A DNA stretch of 64,000 nt from Cycas panzhihuaensis (lineage: Eukaryota; Plantae; Cycadophyta). The notes below the pieces were generated by a model, which ran no database searches, was not told the origin of the DNA, and saw nothing but the letters and a program-made list of their open reading frames with translations. The stretch's first letter is position 1, and each line of letters opens with the position of its first letter. The position numbers were made by a program, and so were the translations under genes. Where the stretch lies: contig CM041465.1 in assembly GCA_023213395.1 (NCBI GenBank), positions 248,503,741-248,567,740 on the forward strand, in the 5' to 3' direction. This document shows positions 49,401 to 63,499 of this stretch, in pieces.

Positions 49401-52400
49401 AGACATAAGTATATAAGTGCATGGATCATGGTTTATAAGAGGAAGGACACACAACATAATTTGATAATAGATCTAAAAGACTAAGGGGAATGATGCTAAG
49501 AAAGGTACGAGCATATGCCTCCTGTGAGGCACTCATGCATCATATAAACACATATGTGGGGATAAGAGGCTATTATTTTCTAAGTTTCAAGGGGCAATAT
49601 GCAAGTGTATGTTATATGCTGTGTGTCAAAAATAAAAGAAAAAAATGAAAAGAAAATAAGAAGAAGTCTATCTGATCAAAGTAAAAAATGGCACAAGTAA
49701 GTATATGAAGAAGTGATGCATATAAATAACAAAAGATTAAACTACTGACTAGATGATAGCTTTGAGATAATATTAATTTATCTATTCAACAAGCATCCCA
49801 GAAAGACTAAATAACACTTAGAAATCCCTTACTATGTGAGGATATCGATCGAGTATAGGCACCCAAGATAAAATCATTTTTATGTACCTATCCTACTTAA
49901 CTAATCCTTCTTATAAATAGATTGTCCTATCCCAACTCAACTCTTAAAATGAACCTATATGATGAACTCAATTTATAAGAAGTGAGGAAAGGACTGATTA
50001 GATCAAGAGGTGTGAAGAAATTAAGACCATATGATAGATTCATTTATGGATAAGTTGAAGAGGGCTCATCAATACCGACAACCCATCTTACATGAATTAT
50101 AAGGTGGATTGATAGTATGTGCATCTAATTCCAATGAATTTCCTTTTCTAAGAGGTGAAGAAGAAGAGGACATTATTCTCAATGAAACAAATAGAACTCG
50201 TTGGTTATCAAAACCTTATGCATGAGCATGAGGTGAGGATAGACTCCCTCCATTAGACTATTTAAAACATGAATATGGAAGACTCAACACCACTTAAACA
50301 CATATGGTTATCTCGTTCATTCAGTGATGAAATTTGGGTAAAATGGTGATAATCCCCTCTTTTTGGTATAAGAAGGATGCTACCTAAAAATGACTAAGGA
50401 GAGCAAAGAGCAAAAACTATAAAGCAACTATATACTTTTTTGCTTTAATGAACATATCAAATAAAATTAACCCTAAAATACCATTTAGATTGGAGTTAAG
50501 AACTCATAATAAGTGTGAATCTTGACCCCCTTATGGCCCTTCATGTGATACAAGAAACATAATAAAACATGTAATATGATGCTTAAAAGAAATAAAATAA
50601 CATTTTTTTCTTTTCTTTTCATTTTCAAATGAAATTTCAAAGTTGAAATAAGTTTTTAAATATTTTTGCTTCTAAAATAGAAATCTATGAAAAAGAGGTT
50701 CAAAAGAAAATACCTAGAACTTTGCTTCAAAGGTCTTAATAAACACTCTAGAAAAACTCAAATCCCTCACAATGTAAGCCCACTAATGGAGTATTATTCA
50801 AAGTTAAGCGTATAAATAAACACATGATTTCAAAAGAAAATTTAGTAGCATTTATGTTTATCAAACAAACTTATAACATAAAAAAGTTTAATCTATAAAT
50901 TTAAAATGCTCCAAAATAATTTAAAACAAACTTTTTAAATCATACCTTTTGGTAGCCCTTTGAGAATCTTAGTAATATTTCTATTGTGTAAGAGAGAAAA
51001 GAGAATCTTTGAGAATCTTGGTACTTTTGACTTAGTAGGGGGAAGTAAAGAGAGAAAAGAGAAGTTTTCAACCAACTTTCTACTTCCTTAGCTTGCATGA
51101 AATATATTAAAAATTCTTTTAATTATAGATTAGTGCATAATATGATATCAATGAAATTCAATAAGTAAAAAAACTATAACTTAAATTAGGAACAATATAG
51201 GCAACCAATAATAAGAAGTAGTGAAAAGAGTCTTAGAATTGGTAGGTTTGTCACAAATTCAAAGCTTAATGGATAATACTTGACCTTTGTTCCCTTTTCA
51301 AGACCCCAACATGATGCTTAAATGAATAAATAAAGCATTAATAAGAAGTCAAGAAATCAAACATGAAAAATAATTGATAATTGAAAATAAAACAGCAATT
51401 GAAAAGTGTAAAGGAATACAAATGATGTGGAGAGTGTTATCCTAACTTCTATTTAAGGAGGGATGCTCTTGACATTCAAGTTTTAAACTTAGGAGGTCTC
51501 TAACAATGGGTTTGTTTCAAATTTTCTTGTTTAAAGGTGGAGATTAACAAACAAACAAATGAAATAAGGAAGGCTGCAGAAATTTTGGTAGCATTTCAAT
51601 AGTATGATAATATATTTTTTGACTATCCCTCCCCATAGAAAATAAGGGAGTACTTATAGATGATGAGTTCCCTAGGGGAGGTAGTATTTGGGCTTATGGT
51701 TTTCATGAAATCATGGGTGAAAACCATGGGCAACTTACCCATGGATTTAGTTCATTCAAAAGAAAAACATAAAAGCTAAAGTTTTGGGAAGGAAAGACTA
51801 GTTTTCCTTCATTTTTTTGAGACTATCCATACTAAAAAACTTATTTAGAGCATTAATTATGTTTTGAAATGTATGTTTTTCCTTTTTTAGTTCTTGTATT
51901 ATCATATTGTAAGATTTTTGATGGTACCATAAAGTTTGTATTTTCATAGTGCATGGTAAACTTTGAAGTATCGCAAAGTTTGTCAATGGCAAAATAAATA
52001 GTGGATTAGATAATCTCTAATACAAGATAGGCTAAAATCAAAGATAAATAAGCATGTATCATAGCAATAGAAAAAATGCATGCAAAATGAATGGTTTTGT
52101 TAATGAAAAATATCCAAAAGATTAAAACAAATATAGAATCACTATAATTAAGAGGAAAGAAAGGTGAACAATGTCAACAAATGTATTAAAAGGTTGTTAT
52201 TTAACTCGTTGAACTCAGGTATGTAACCTCTTATAGCCACTAGTCATGATAAAAATTGTCACATACTAAAAATATATATATCTATCAACCAAAATAACAA
52301 GAAAACATTGATACGTCCTTATAAAAAGAACTAGGTTAATAAAAAATGAAGTAAACAATTAGAAGCATATGCCTTTAATTACCTATTGGTAAGATGAATG

Positions 52401-52573
52401 TGTACTTTTTGGATTATAGAAAATATTTTTCCCTTTGGTAGTATAACCTCTTTAGATGTTTGGTTGTAATATGGTGAATGCTATTAATAATACTCTGTAA
52501 AAACTAATCAAGTGGTTATAAAAGTGATAAGGAAATGTTATTTATTGTAGTTTGGCATCTTAAGTAAGTACTA

Positions 52574-52656
52574 AGAGAATGTTACCATAGTTTAACCTCT
52601 TTAGCAAGTGTTTAGAGAATGTTGACCCTAGTTTAACTTTATCAGTAAGAATATTA
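52574..52656 (+). repeat. ~40-bp imperfect tandem repeat interrupted by the Copia insertion
   Basis: AGAGAATGTT..C.TAGTTTAAC.T.T..AG.AAG present twice. A third unit resumes at ~60255, with related TTTA(A/G)CCT(C/T)TTT motifs at ~52440, ~60465 and ~60540. Confidence 0.55.
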
Positions 52657-55600
52657 TGAAGGAACGATGGATCTAGGGAATAAATTACTCACATATACAT
52701 AATGGCAATGGAGAATGAAAAAGAGATAAAATAAGATATGAGAGCAAACTTAGAGATGAGAATAAATAATGACTCCCTCCTTGAGATTTTGCCTTTTATT
52801 ATTGAGGGTGGGCATTAGGGTTAGGATTTTTTTACCTAATGACATGAATCCAAAATTATATCTAAATGCACATAAAGCATATTTCACTAAGAGATTAATG
52901 CTAATAATATATCCTAAGGTCACTTAATTAATCTATACAAATGAACTTAATATATTAATTTCTTTCAACCTCCACCCTTAATGGTGGAAGATCATTTTGA
53001 GAAAATTTATTCTATGAGGTCTTCATCTAAGTCTCATTATTATATTAAAATTTTAAATTACACTTTTATGGAAAAACCCTCATAGGGAATAAAAACCCAC
53101 ATAGTTTCTAAGATCTACAACCCTTTTTATAAATCAAAATAGTTAAGGTGGCTCTTTGATATAGCTTGATAGCTAAGTAGCTTAAATGTGTAGCTTAATT
53201 TGCTAAGTCTCCATATACTGTTTGGTCATCCTCTATGCTCTTTTGGGTTTTCACAGGTTCTGATTTTTCAAAACTAGTATAATTTTTATCCTTCTGTGCC
53301 CACATGAGGTTTTCACAAATAAGATAAAGTAGAGACTTACTCTTATTCTTCTGTACCCATAAGGGATTTTCACAAATAGAATGTAGTATGATAATCTTGT
53401 TGCTATCTTCTTTGATTAGTCGAAGATGGAGGCCCTGAGTCTAAGCTTCCTTTAAAACTATTCAAACTTCACTTTTTACAATAATTTGGTGAAGATATCA
53501 ACCACTTGATCTACTATGGGATAGTATTCCAGTTGAATTGTACCGTCATAAATAAGTTCTCTAATCCTGTGGACTTTCATACTTATGTGTTTAGTACAAT
53601 CATGAAATATAGGATTTTTCACCATGTGGATTATGGACTGATTATCTACATGAAGATCGATAAGACTTGTTTGGGTGATATTCAATATTTCCAATAATTT
53701 TTTAAGCCATATCACCTCTTTGTTGGTCTCAAAAGCAATAATGTATTCAGCTTCGATAGTTGAATTAACAATTATCTTCTACTATTTAGATCTCCATGAT
53801 ATTAGTGCTATTCCAAGAAATGATATATACCCACATGTAGATCTTCTTGTATCTTTATCACCTACAAAGTCTTAGTTTGTGTATATAAAAAACTTAAATT
53901 TATTATTAGGTTTATACAATAAACCAAATTTATTGGTTGTCTTTAGGTATTTTAACACCCGAGCTATAGCCTATAAGTGATTCTATTTAAGATTTATTAT
54001 GAATCATGTAAGAATACCGATAGAGTGTGTAATATTTGGCCTTATATTGGTAGTGTAGATGAGACTACTTACAAGTTTCTTATAGAGTGTTGCATCTGCC
54101 TCTTTAGAATCATCATCGATTGAGAGTTTGGTATTTGGGTCCATAGATAAAACCACTGGTCGAGTATCTTCTAACTGAAACTTGGTTAGAAGATCATTGA
54201 TATATTTTTCTTAGGAGAGAATTTTTTTTTCATTCTTTTGTGTTATTTCAATTCCCAAGTAATATTTCATCAAACTGAGGTTAGATAATTCGAACGTTTT
54301 GCCAAGGTTCTTTTTCAACTAGCTTATTACTTGTTCACTATTACTTGTTACTAGCATGTCATCCGTAAAGATTATGAGATAAGTGACTTTGTCCTTTTGG
54401 CACTTGATGAATAATGTTGTATCAATATCTTGGTGGTCACAAACCTCGTATTTAAGTTGCCTCATTCTTTGAGATAACTTAGAAAACTAAGCACGAGGGG
54501 CTTATTTAAGGCCATACAAGGACTTTCTGAGCCTATAAACCTTATGCTCTTGATCTTCGATCTCATATTCTTCTGGCCGAGCCATGTAAATTTCTTCTTT
54601 AAGATCTTTACTGAGAAACACGGTCTTAATATTGAGTTAGTGGATTTTTTAACCTTGTTGAGTAGCCAAGGCCATAAGAGTTCTAATTGTAGGCTACTTG
54701 GTTGTAAGTGTAAAGACTCCAGTGTAGTTGATACCTTTCCTTTGTGTGAATCCTTTAGTTACCAATCTCGCCTTGTATTTTTTAAGGGTGCCATTTGATC
54801 TATATTTATTTTTTAACACCCATTTATTTTAAACTACCTTTTTACTAAGTGGTAGATTAATGAGCTCCCATGTACCATTTCTTATGAGAGATTGGTATTC
54901 TTCATTCATTGCATTTCTCTAGACTGTATGTTTTATAACTTCTTGGTATGGGAGGGGCTCTTCATTAAGAGTAAGGTGCAGTTCTACTAGTTTAAGCTTA
55001 GTATATAATGATTCTTATATCCTTTCTCTATGGGAACTTCGAGTGTTAGTTTTACCCACCTTATCTGGTTGTATGTCATTATTAAGCTAGCAAGATTCAT
55101 GAGATCCTTAAGTTGGGAATGAGGTCATCATTTCCTCAACTTCTTGATTCTCATCTTATTAATTAAAATAATCATTTTGTAAGGAGGATGTTAATGTGCC
55201 CAAGGAAGATGGTTCTTCTACCATTATTTTGCTTTTATTGACTAAAGGTAGAGAGGATAATTCTTCTATAATGGCTTTGCCTTTGCCAACTCTACTATCT
55301 TCAAAGGATAGTGCTGGATGTACACTCATCAGTTTAGAGTCACAACTTATATCCTCCAAGGCTTTATTGTCAACTTCTAATATTTAATGTAATTTATGTC
55401 TATCCTCCTCCCTAAATTTTGGAATCTAAACATCATACTTGATAATATTATTATAGCAGCGTGAGGGTATTTTAGAGTCTAGTCTAAGCAACTGATCCTC
55501 TATCTCCACAAAAATGACATCTTTGGTAATGATGATTTTTTATTATGAAGGTATAAAGACCTTAGACCTTTTCTTATCCATAGGGTATCCAACAAAGATT

Positions 55601-58600
55601 CATTTAAGTACCCTTAACTAGAGTTTATTTCGATCTGCATCCAAAATGTGGGCATAGCATGTAGAGCTAAAAATTTTGAAGTAGTGAACAATAGGGACTT
55701 GTCCTAACCACTTTTTATTAGGTAATTGTGCTTTCTTTAATGGGCTAACAACATTGATATAATAAAAAATTGTCTATATGGCTTCGACCCATAGGTAGGC
55801 AGGTATATTTTTGTATATCAACATAGCTTGACCCATGTCTATGATTATTCTATTCATATGCTCAACAACTCCATTTTGTTGTAGGATACCTACTATTATT
55901 GTTTGATATTTGATGCCATTATCTTGAAGGTAGCTTTCAAACTCATGTGAGATATATTTACTACCATTATTAGTTTGAAGACATTTGAGTTGATAACTTG
56001 ACTCTTTTTTAGTGTAAGCTTTGAATTCTATGAATACATAGAAGGCTTCATCTTCCTTATGTAGAAAAGCTACCCATACTTTTCTAGTAAAATTATCAAT
56101 AAGAGAGATGTAATATAACTTGCCCTTTAGTGAAGGAATGAGCATTAGTCCATATAAATTAGAGTGTACTAATTATAATGGATGGCTTGATTTTCACCAA
56201 CTTTTAGGAAAGGGTTGTTACTGAGATTTGGTAATGATGCAAGCTTCATATTTAAAGGACTTGAAGGAGAACTTTAGAAGATTTGGAAAAGTGTTACAAA
56301 GATCTCTAAGTTTATCAATGTGAACATGGCCCATATAAGCATGCCAAAGAGCTTCTAGTGACAATGTTGGGTGGGTCAGGATGGTGTTAAATGTAAATTA
56401 TTTATTGGTATAAGGGCTTTGTGTATAATAGACTTCAAAAGATGGAGAGCTATTCAGTTGAAAGAGTTTGCTAGTGGGATGTCTAGTTAAGATCACTTGA
56501 TTAGTTAGAGGGTGAATGACCTGGAGAGTCTGGTCATTTGTGGTTACACTCAGATTAAATCCATGAGAGACAAGTGTAGATAAGAACAAAAGGTTTTATT
56601 TAAGATAGGATATGTATAGGACATCGAGCAATGTAAAATCTCTTAAGCCTGGGAGTTTTAGGTGAATGTTACTAATTCCTTTAACAAGTTGTTGTGATTT
56701 ATTAGCCATGTAAATAACTCTTTGAATATTTGAGTTAAATGTTTGATATAAACTATGATTGCATATCATATGTTGAGTTGCTCTTGTGTCTATGATCCAC
56801 TATCCATCGATTGAAGCCACACTATTTGTAATTCCAATAGGACTTGGTATTGGTGAAGGGAATTCATAAGTGATATATCCACATTAAGCTTTAAAGTATC
56901 TCTGTGGTTGGTTAATGGCATTTAATGCTGAAGATCCCTCAATTCTTTGAAAGTGTGCTTATATAAATCTTGCACTACTAAAAGATTCTTTACAAGTTTC
57001 TTCAACATAGTGAGCTCCATGTTTTGGTTGGAATTTGGCTAATTTATAAGTGGTAGTTTTGCAATCTTTTGTAAAATGTCCTTTATGGTTATACTGATCA
57101 TACATAATAGTTTGATTGCCAGTCCCTAAAGAGGTACTAGTTTGGCCTGACTCTCTTACTTTTTGTTGAGGTGGCCCTTAGACTTGAGACTGTTAAGGCT
57201 ATGACTTAGGGTTTGGTTAACCTTATGGATGATTTTCCATATTTCTTCCTCTTCCTCTTACTTGATTGTTTCCTCTTAATAATAGAGACCTTGATTCTTT
57301 GTGTAGAAAGCTTCTTCTTCCACCTGAAAGACTACAAAGTTGGTATCAAAGGTCTTACCAAATTCTATAAACTTCATAACAAGTGTTTCAAAGTTGAGTG
57401 TCTTTAATGTTCTACTAGATTGAAGACTTGCAAGCAAGTTTTTATAATTAGGGACATGTAGACATGATTAGATCAAGAATGTCCAAGTGATATATTGGGT
57501 CTTAAAATCTTTATTAATTACCTATTTTATTGGTCAAAAGAAATTTATTATCTTATGAGCTCATCCCTTCTTCATTTTTAATTTGTTCATTTTTAGAATA
57601 AGATGAACAAATTCTAAATCTGACTTAGTATCAAAGTTCTTCTTGAGAACTTTAAGGATCTTCTAGGCTGTATCATATTACTCTTCATTAATCAAGTTGT
57701 ACAAGGAGTGATCAGTAACCAATAAATTTCTTACATGAATCTTTTCATCATCTATCGCCCATTATAGTTTGGCTGCGGCATCTGTAGGAGCTGTTAGAGC
57801 AGATTTGATCCACCAGAAGTAGGTGTTATAACTGTTATAGGTATGATGGGTATAGGTTGTAAGTGGGCTCTCTAAAGGCTTTTATGCTTTATAATATTTT
57901 TAACTCTAGTACACTACAAATCCCAAATTTCTTTACCTTTCAAGATGTAGTTGATATTCTGTTTAAATTGAGATGACATGGTGATGATGAAGAAGTAGAA
58001 GACATGATAGAAGTATATGCCACTAACATATGTAGCTAGTACACCTGACGCAGTAAGGATGCAGAAATGAATGCTATGATGAGAAGCAAGCAATGATTAA
58101 GTATTTTTCAACAATTATGAAAAATGAGTATAAGCAATGATGCAAGAATGAGGCCTAGTGTAGAGTTGGCAAAGAGTGGTGATGTTTCATACCACTAACC
58201 TTAAACTTATGTCTAAATATAAGTGAGGTTTTGATACCTAAGGCTTTTAGTATATGATTAGGGCCTTTACTCCCAATACTCATACTTGCACTTGGTGATG
58301 AAATCCAAGTGATAATAGAGTCCAGGTACTCCTAGTCCTCATCTAATTCACTTGTGAACAACTATATACCTCCTTCAAAGAATCAAATAGTATGTGCGTA
58401 TCCCACGGCTATGATAGATATCTGACTGGGTTAATTTTAATCTTGCATTAAGGTTTTCAATTTTACTAGGTGGTTATCATGATTATCCCTAATTGGAGGC
58501 CATAGGTGTAGCTAACTTGTCCCTCTACTACTATTCTAGTTAAAACCAGACCTAGTATGAAACTTACACCTCCCTTAGGACCCATAGTTCGGCCAATTGT

Positions 58601-60250
58601 GGTCTTATTCAACTAAGGCAAGTGTGTGCATATGTCAAGAACTGGCGATATAAGTTATATAGATGAGATTCTTTTTAGGAAATAATGTAAGTTATTTTTG
58701 AATAACTTGAACTAAAAACTAAAATGGAAAGTTACTAAATATGCTTGCTTGTCTTTCATGCTTGCTTTGTTATTGCTACTGCTTTATGTGATGCTTTATG
58801 CTATACATACAAATAGAAAGAGCATGCTAAATTTATTAGGGAAATCAGATGTTACTTTTAATCTAAAGTTTCCCTTGCTTTAGTATAATATTTCTAAATA
58901 TATTTTTAGAAATTTCAATACAAAAGCCATAAAGGGCTAAAAAGTGGATCAAATTGCCACTAAAATATTAATTTTTCTAAATCTAGATGCATGTTATTTT
59001 GCCATATTTTATGATTTTTTTCTCTCACAAAATTTATAAATAATAAATATGTAAAATTTTCTAAAAATTATAAATATGAAGGCCTAAATGATGGAATTTA
59101 AATTTATGATAGAAGAAAAAAATGTTCAAAATATCATTTCTAATAAGGTAGTGAAGTCAGATTTCTAAAAAGGCATAAAAACTTTTTACCAAAAAAAATA
59201 TAAAAGCAAAATCTTGTCAAATCCACTGTCTCAGAATCTAAACTTTAATATGTAAAAAGATTCATACTAATATGTATATCAACTTTTCTTTCTATACTAT
59301 CTCTAGAATCAGCTAAAAAATTCTCGAAATGCCCTTACAATTTCTTTTGTGGGGTTGAGTAGGTAAATTCAACATCTGTAAGAAAACTACAAAGAGCTCA
59401 CTAACAAGTAGATGAAATTTAGTGAGATTTATCTTAAAATACTCTTAAGATATAAATCTACTAGATCCCTCAAAAAATCATTCAGATTTTTAGCTTATGT
59501 TTAAAGGATTTCATTAATAAAATGACCTTAAGTCACTTATATATAAATTTTGACCTTTTATTTTAGCTAAAACTCATTATTGCACATTGAATCTAAAGTT
59601 ACTTTAGAAGGCAAAAATTATACTCTTAACAAGGTGACCTCACATGTTAAATTTCATCAAAATCTAAGATGGTCAAAATCTTCATAAAATTTTAGGCCTT
59701 TAATGCTTCTGGGGTTGTTTTGGCAACCAAATGGCTTTAAAATTTTGTCTTTTTCACCTCTAAAAATTTTCACATATAGATAAAGTAGTAACATATAAAA
59801 TAATACAATTTTAAGCTCTAAAATTTAAAAAATAATAAGTGCACTCTCAATATTTCATACTAAAGGTGAAAGAGAGGCAAAATGACTTCATGCAAGTGGA
59901 ATTGAGTGAATAGATTTCTTTTTAGCTTTGATACCATATGAAGGAAGGATGGATCTAGGGAATAAGTCACTTGTATACACATAATGTCAATGGATAATAA
60001 AAAAGAAATGAAACAAGATATGAGAGTAAGCTTAGATGTGAGAATGAATAATGACTCCCTCCTTGAGATTTTGCCTTTTATTATTGAGGATGAGCATTAG
60101 GGTTAGGATTTTTCTGCCTAAATACATGAACTTAGAATTATATCTAAATGCATATAAAGCACATTTTACTAAGAGACTAATGCTAACAATATATTATTAA
60201 GTTCACTTAATTAATCTACATAAATGACCTTAATACATTAACCTCTTTTA
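52657..60250 (-). mobile_element. Complete Ty1/Copia retrotransposon with long 5' leader, decayed
   Basis: LTRs 52657-52967 and 59939-60250, perfect TSD TATTA, PBS rc TGGTATCAAAGC at 59925-59936, PPT at 52969-52979. Confidence 0.94.
53476..58005 (-). pseudogene. Copia gag-pol, disrupted
   Basis: RNase H VDNQS.I.MVKNPIFH..TKHI and DQVVDIFTK; RT FTDDMLV and YGLK.APRA; integrase YYISLIDNFTRKVWV and QQNGVVE..NR; protease WIIDTRATQHM; gag LKGKEIWDL. Start is approximate. Confidence 0.9.
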
Positions 60251-63200
60251 TATTAGAGGGGTGTTGAATAGAGTTAAAATTGGGCTTGTGGTCTAATAAA
60301 ACCATGATGAGCTTGATAGCCACGATGAAACTTAGATGAACACAAATGGATCACCATAGTTTATCCTCTATAATGATTATTTTTTAGAGCAATCTTGGAT
60401 ACTTGAGGTATTGCCTTATTAATAAAAAAAGAGTTGGACTTGGAAATTAAGGCTTCTTATGCTAGTTTAGCCTCTTTAATGAGTGCTTTTTGGAGAAGGA
60501 GTTATTTGGCCTCATCTTAGATCTAGGCTTGTCACTATGGTTTAACCTTTTTTAGTGAGTACCCCTTAGAGGTAGGGATTTCCTTTTGGGGTTCATCATA
60601 GAACTAAAGAATGATTTTTTTTTATTTTTGTACTTTTTTTATTTTATAATTTATTTGGATTATTATTATTTATAGATTTTTTATTTTTGAGATTTTAGTT
60701 TTATTTATGATTATTTTAGATTTTTGTTTGCTTTTGACAAGCAAATGAATTAGAAGATAAATGAAAGTAAAGTAATATTACAAGGAAAAGACCAAACTAA
60801 GGATGAGATAGGGGATTAACCCTTTGAGACAACTACAGTAAGGTCGATATTTAAATATTTACAAAGTAATTTAAGCTCATGTAGAAGCCCTGATAGTTTA
60901 TCATCTTTTTAAAGAATAATTCTAATTTAAACTTTTAGTAGAGCTTAAATAATTTATCCTTATTTTGTAAGTGTAATACAAATCGATAAGAAACTAGCAT
61001 GTAGGCTTAGTTTCATTAATGGGCTTGGAAGTCCTAAAGAGAATCTCCTACCTATGGCAAGAAATGTTCAAGAATAAATATAATAGGTCAATCAATCTCA
61101 ATGTTTTAGACTATGGAATTTGTTAGATTATGACAATAGAAAAATAGGATAAAAGTGACCTAGCTTAGTTGGCATGAGTGTATAGTTGAGGGTAATAAAC
61201 TTGGTAAACTTGGGTGAGCTAACAAATAACTAATTGAGAATTAGACAACAAGAAGTTAAGGTCACTATGGACTTATAGTATATTAATGAAAGATTCTATA
61301 ATAACAATATAATTAATAATATTATCAGTTGCTTTAGGCAGATAAATCCCAAAGTAAGTTAGAATGTGACCTACATGGTCCAAATGATTCAAGGTATGGT
61401 AGAACGGCCAAAGATCCCATGACTTCCTCCATTAGTGTGAATGGTTAACACCATAAGAAATGCAATAATAACTCAAAGATGATTTGATAAATATTGGGAA
61501 GAGGATGGGAATTGATTAATGTGGTCAAGTTTTAAGTTATATGGTGACAACCCTAATTATTTAAGATAGGCCAAAAATGCATCCCATAAATGGATTGATA
61601 TCATATACATGACATTTTCTAGAACTTATTTTGTTTCTTAATATCTCAAGTAGGTTTTAATCATAATCTATATCATGGTAGACCCAAATAATTGGATTTG
61701 AAGGTCCTAAACAGCCTATAAATCTAGACCTAAACTACATATCACAAATAGAAACAAAGCTAACAAATGACTTTCTCTAAATACCAAGAAGGTGGTGACA
61801 AATATAGGTATAGTTTTTATACTTTTTAGTGTATTTATATATTATTATTATTTATTTTTTAAATATAAAAGGAGGTTGCAGTGACAAGCTAATTTATGGG
61901 GGGACCAAGTTAACTAATAAATGGTAACATAATTTAAAAAATGAGAACATACAAAAGATTAAAAATAGAGCTATTAAGCCAAGCTACTAATAAGACTTAG
62001 GTGGTTCATACAAGCTATCTCTAAGTGCTTTTCTATTAGGAAATGAATGAATAAAGGGACTTTTGAAAGGCTACCATAATAATCTAGATCATTTACTATA
62101 ACAAGGATCAAGTGGAATTGTTGTAGGGATACACATCATATAACTAGGTAATTGAGGTGATGCTTAAACTACAAGTTGTAGGTTGGTGAAAGCAATTTTC
62201 TTATAAGGCAATTAGTTACTCAGGAAAGTTTTAAGAAGGTAGTGACTAGAGGGGGTCAATAGAGGGTAAGTGCTAGATAACAAGGGATACTCATAGACTC
62301 ACTATGCCATTGAAAAGATGTCATAACATTTAGACTTTAGATTGTAAACTTAGATATACATAAGAGGAGTTGGCTCAAGGCTCTATTAAGTTATAAAAGG
62401 GGCCAAGGAATGCCTAGCAATAAGGGCTTATTTGACCTAAAATTTTGAGTTTAATATTAAAAACTAGTCCTATGGACTATGAACACTAATATGTTAGGAA
62501 AAGAGTTATCTTGGGGTAACATGCTGATGAAACCAAATACATTGATGGCCTATTAATTATATTAATTAATATCTATTATGGGTTTTTTAAAGTGGGTGCA
62601 TAAAAAAATGGTTGTAACAATGATAAATTTAATCATATGAGATGACAATTTTCAAAATAAAGACTCCAACATAATAGACAGGGTGAAAATTTGATACTCT
62701 AAAGTTGGGATTGGGTGATTATAAAAATAGGTTTCCTTAACATTTCATATTTTATTTTTACCTTCAAGAGTTAGAAAAACTTTGTTAACCCATTTTTACC
62801 CCAAAACTTTCTTGAGTTTATTGTGAAAGAATAAAGCACCAATTTCTTAAATGGTTAGAGGCATTGAGTTCGTAGTAAAGATATGGTTGGTTAGGCATCA
62901 AATTTGGTATGCGTAATCTCTTTATTTTTTTTATAGTGTTTTTTATTTTTTATTTTTTAGGGTTAGGCATTAATTTTATGAATTTTGGCCAAATGGGGTC
63001 TAATTAGAGCTTAGTTCACAACTAGACTAGGGTAATTTAATGTGTCGATTATTTTCATTAGATTATTTTAAGTCTAATTTAGTTATTTTATGATTCTTTT
63101 TTTTTTTAGCAAAAAAATGTATTTTTTACCTATGGGTTTTTTCATGGGATGAGGACTATTGGAGTCCATAGTACCATAAAAGAATCTAATAGCACCATAA

Positions 63201-63499
63201 AGTTATATATCTTAATAGTATTATAAATGTTAAATTTTGTAGTATCATTGAAATTTCATCGATATACCCTATCTATAGCTGGATAGATAAGAAACTTCAT
63301 AGGATGTGTTGCTTTAGATTATTTTTTAAGTTTTTTAGATTTAATTTGTTAGTTTAGCAAAGTTTAGTTTTTTCTTGACTTGTTATGGTTGGAAAATGAT
63401 TATCATATACCTTTCTAACTTGTTTTTAGTTAATTTTCAACATGTTATAGCAGTTAATATCCACAAAAACTTTAGTTCTTAAATGTTGGCTCTTGTAGA

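Noticed and set aside
52574-52656. Spaced repeats as a possible CRISPR-like array
   Set aside because: Only 2-3 degenerate contiguous units, no unique spacers, no cas genes, eukaryotic context.
60256-63400. Possible Ogre/Tat LTR remnants (GACAACTACA at ~60830, GGTGGTGACA at ~61790)
   Set aside because: No partner LTR, PBS or TSD could be established by eye, so the region is left unannotated.
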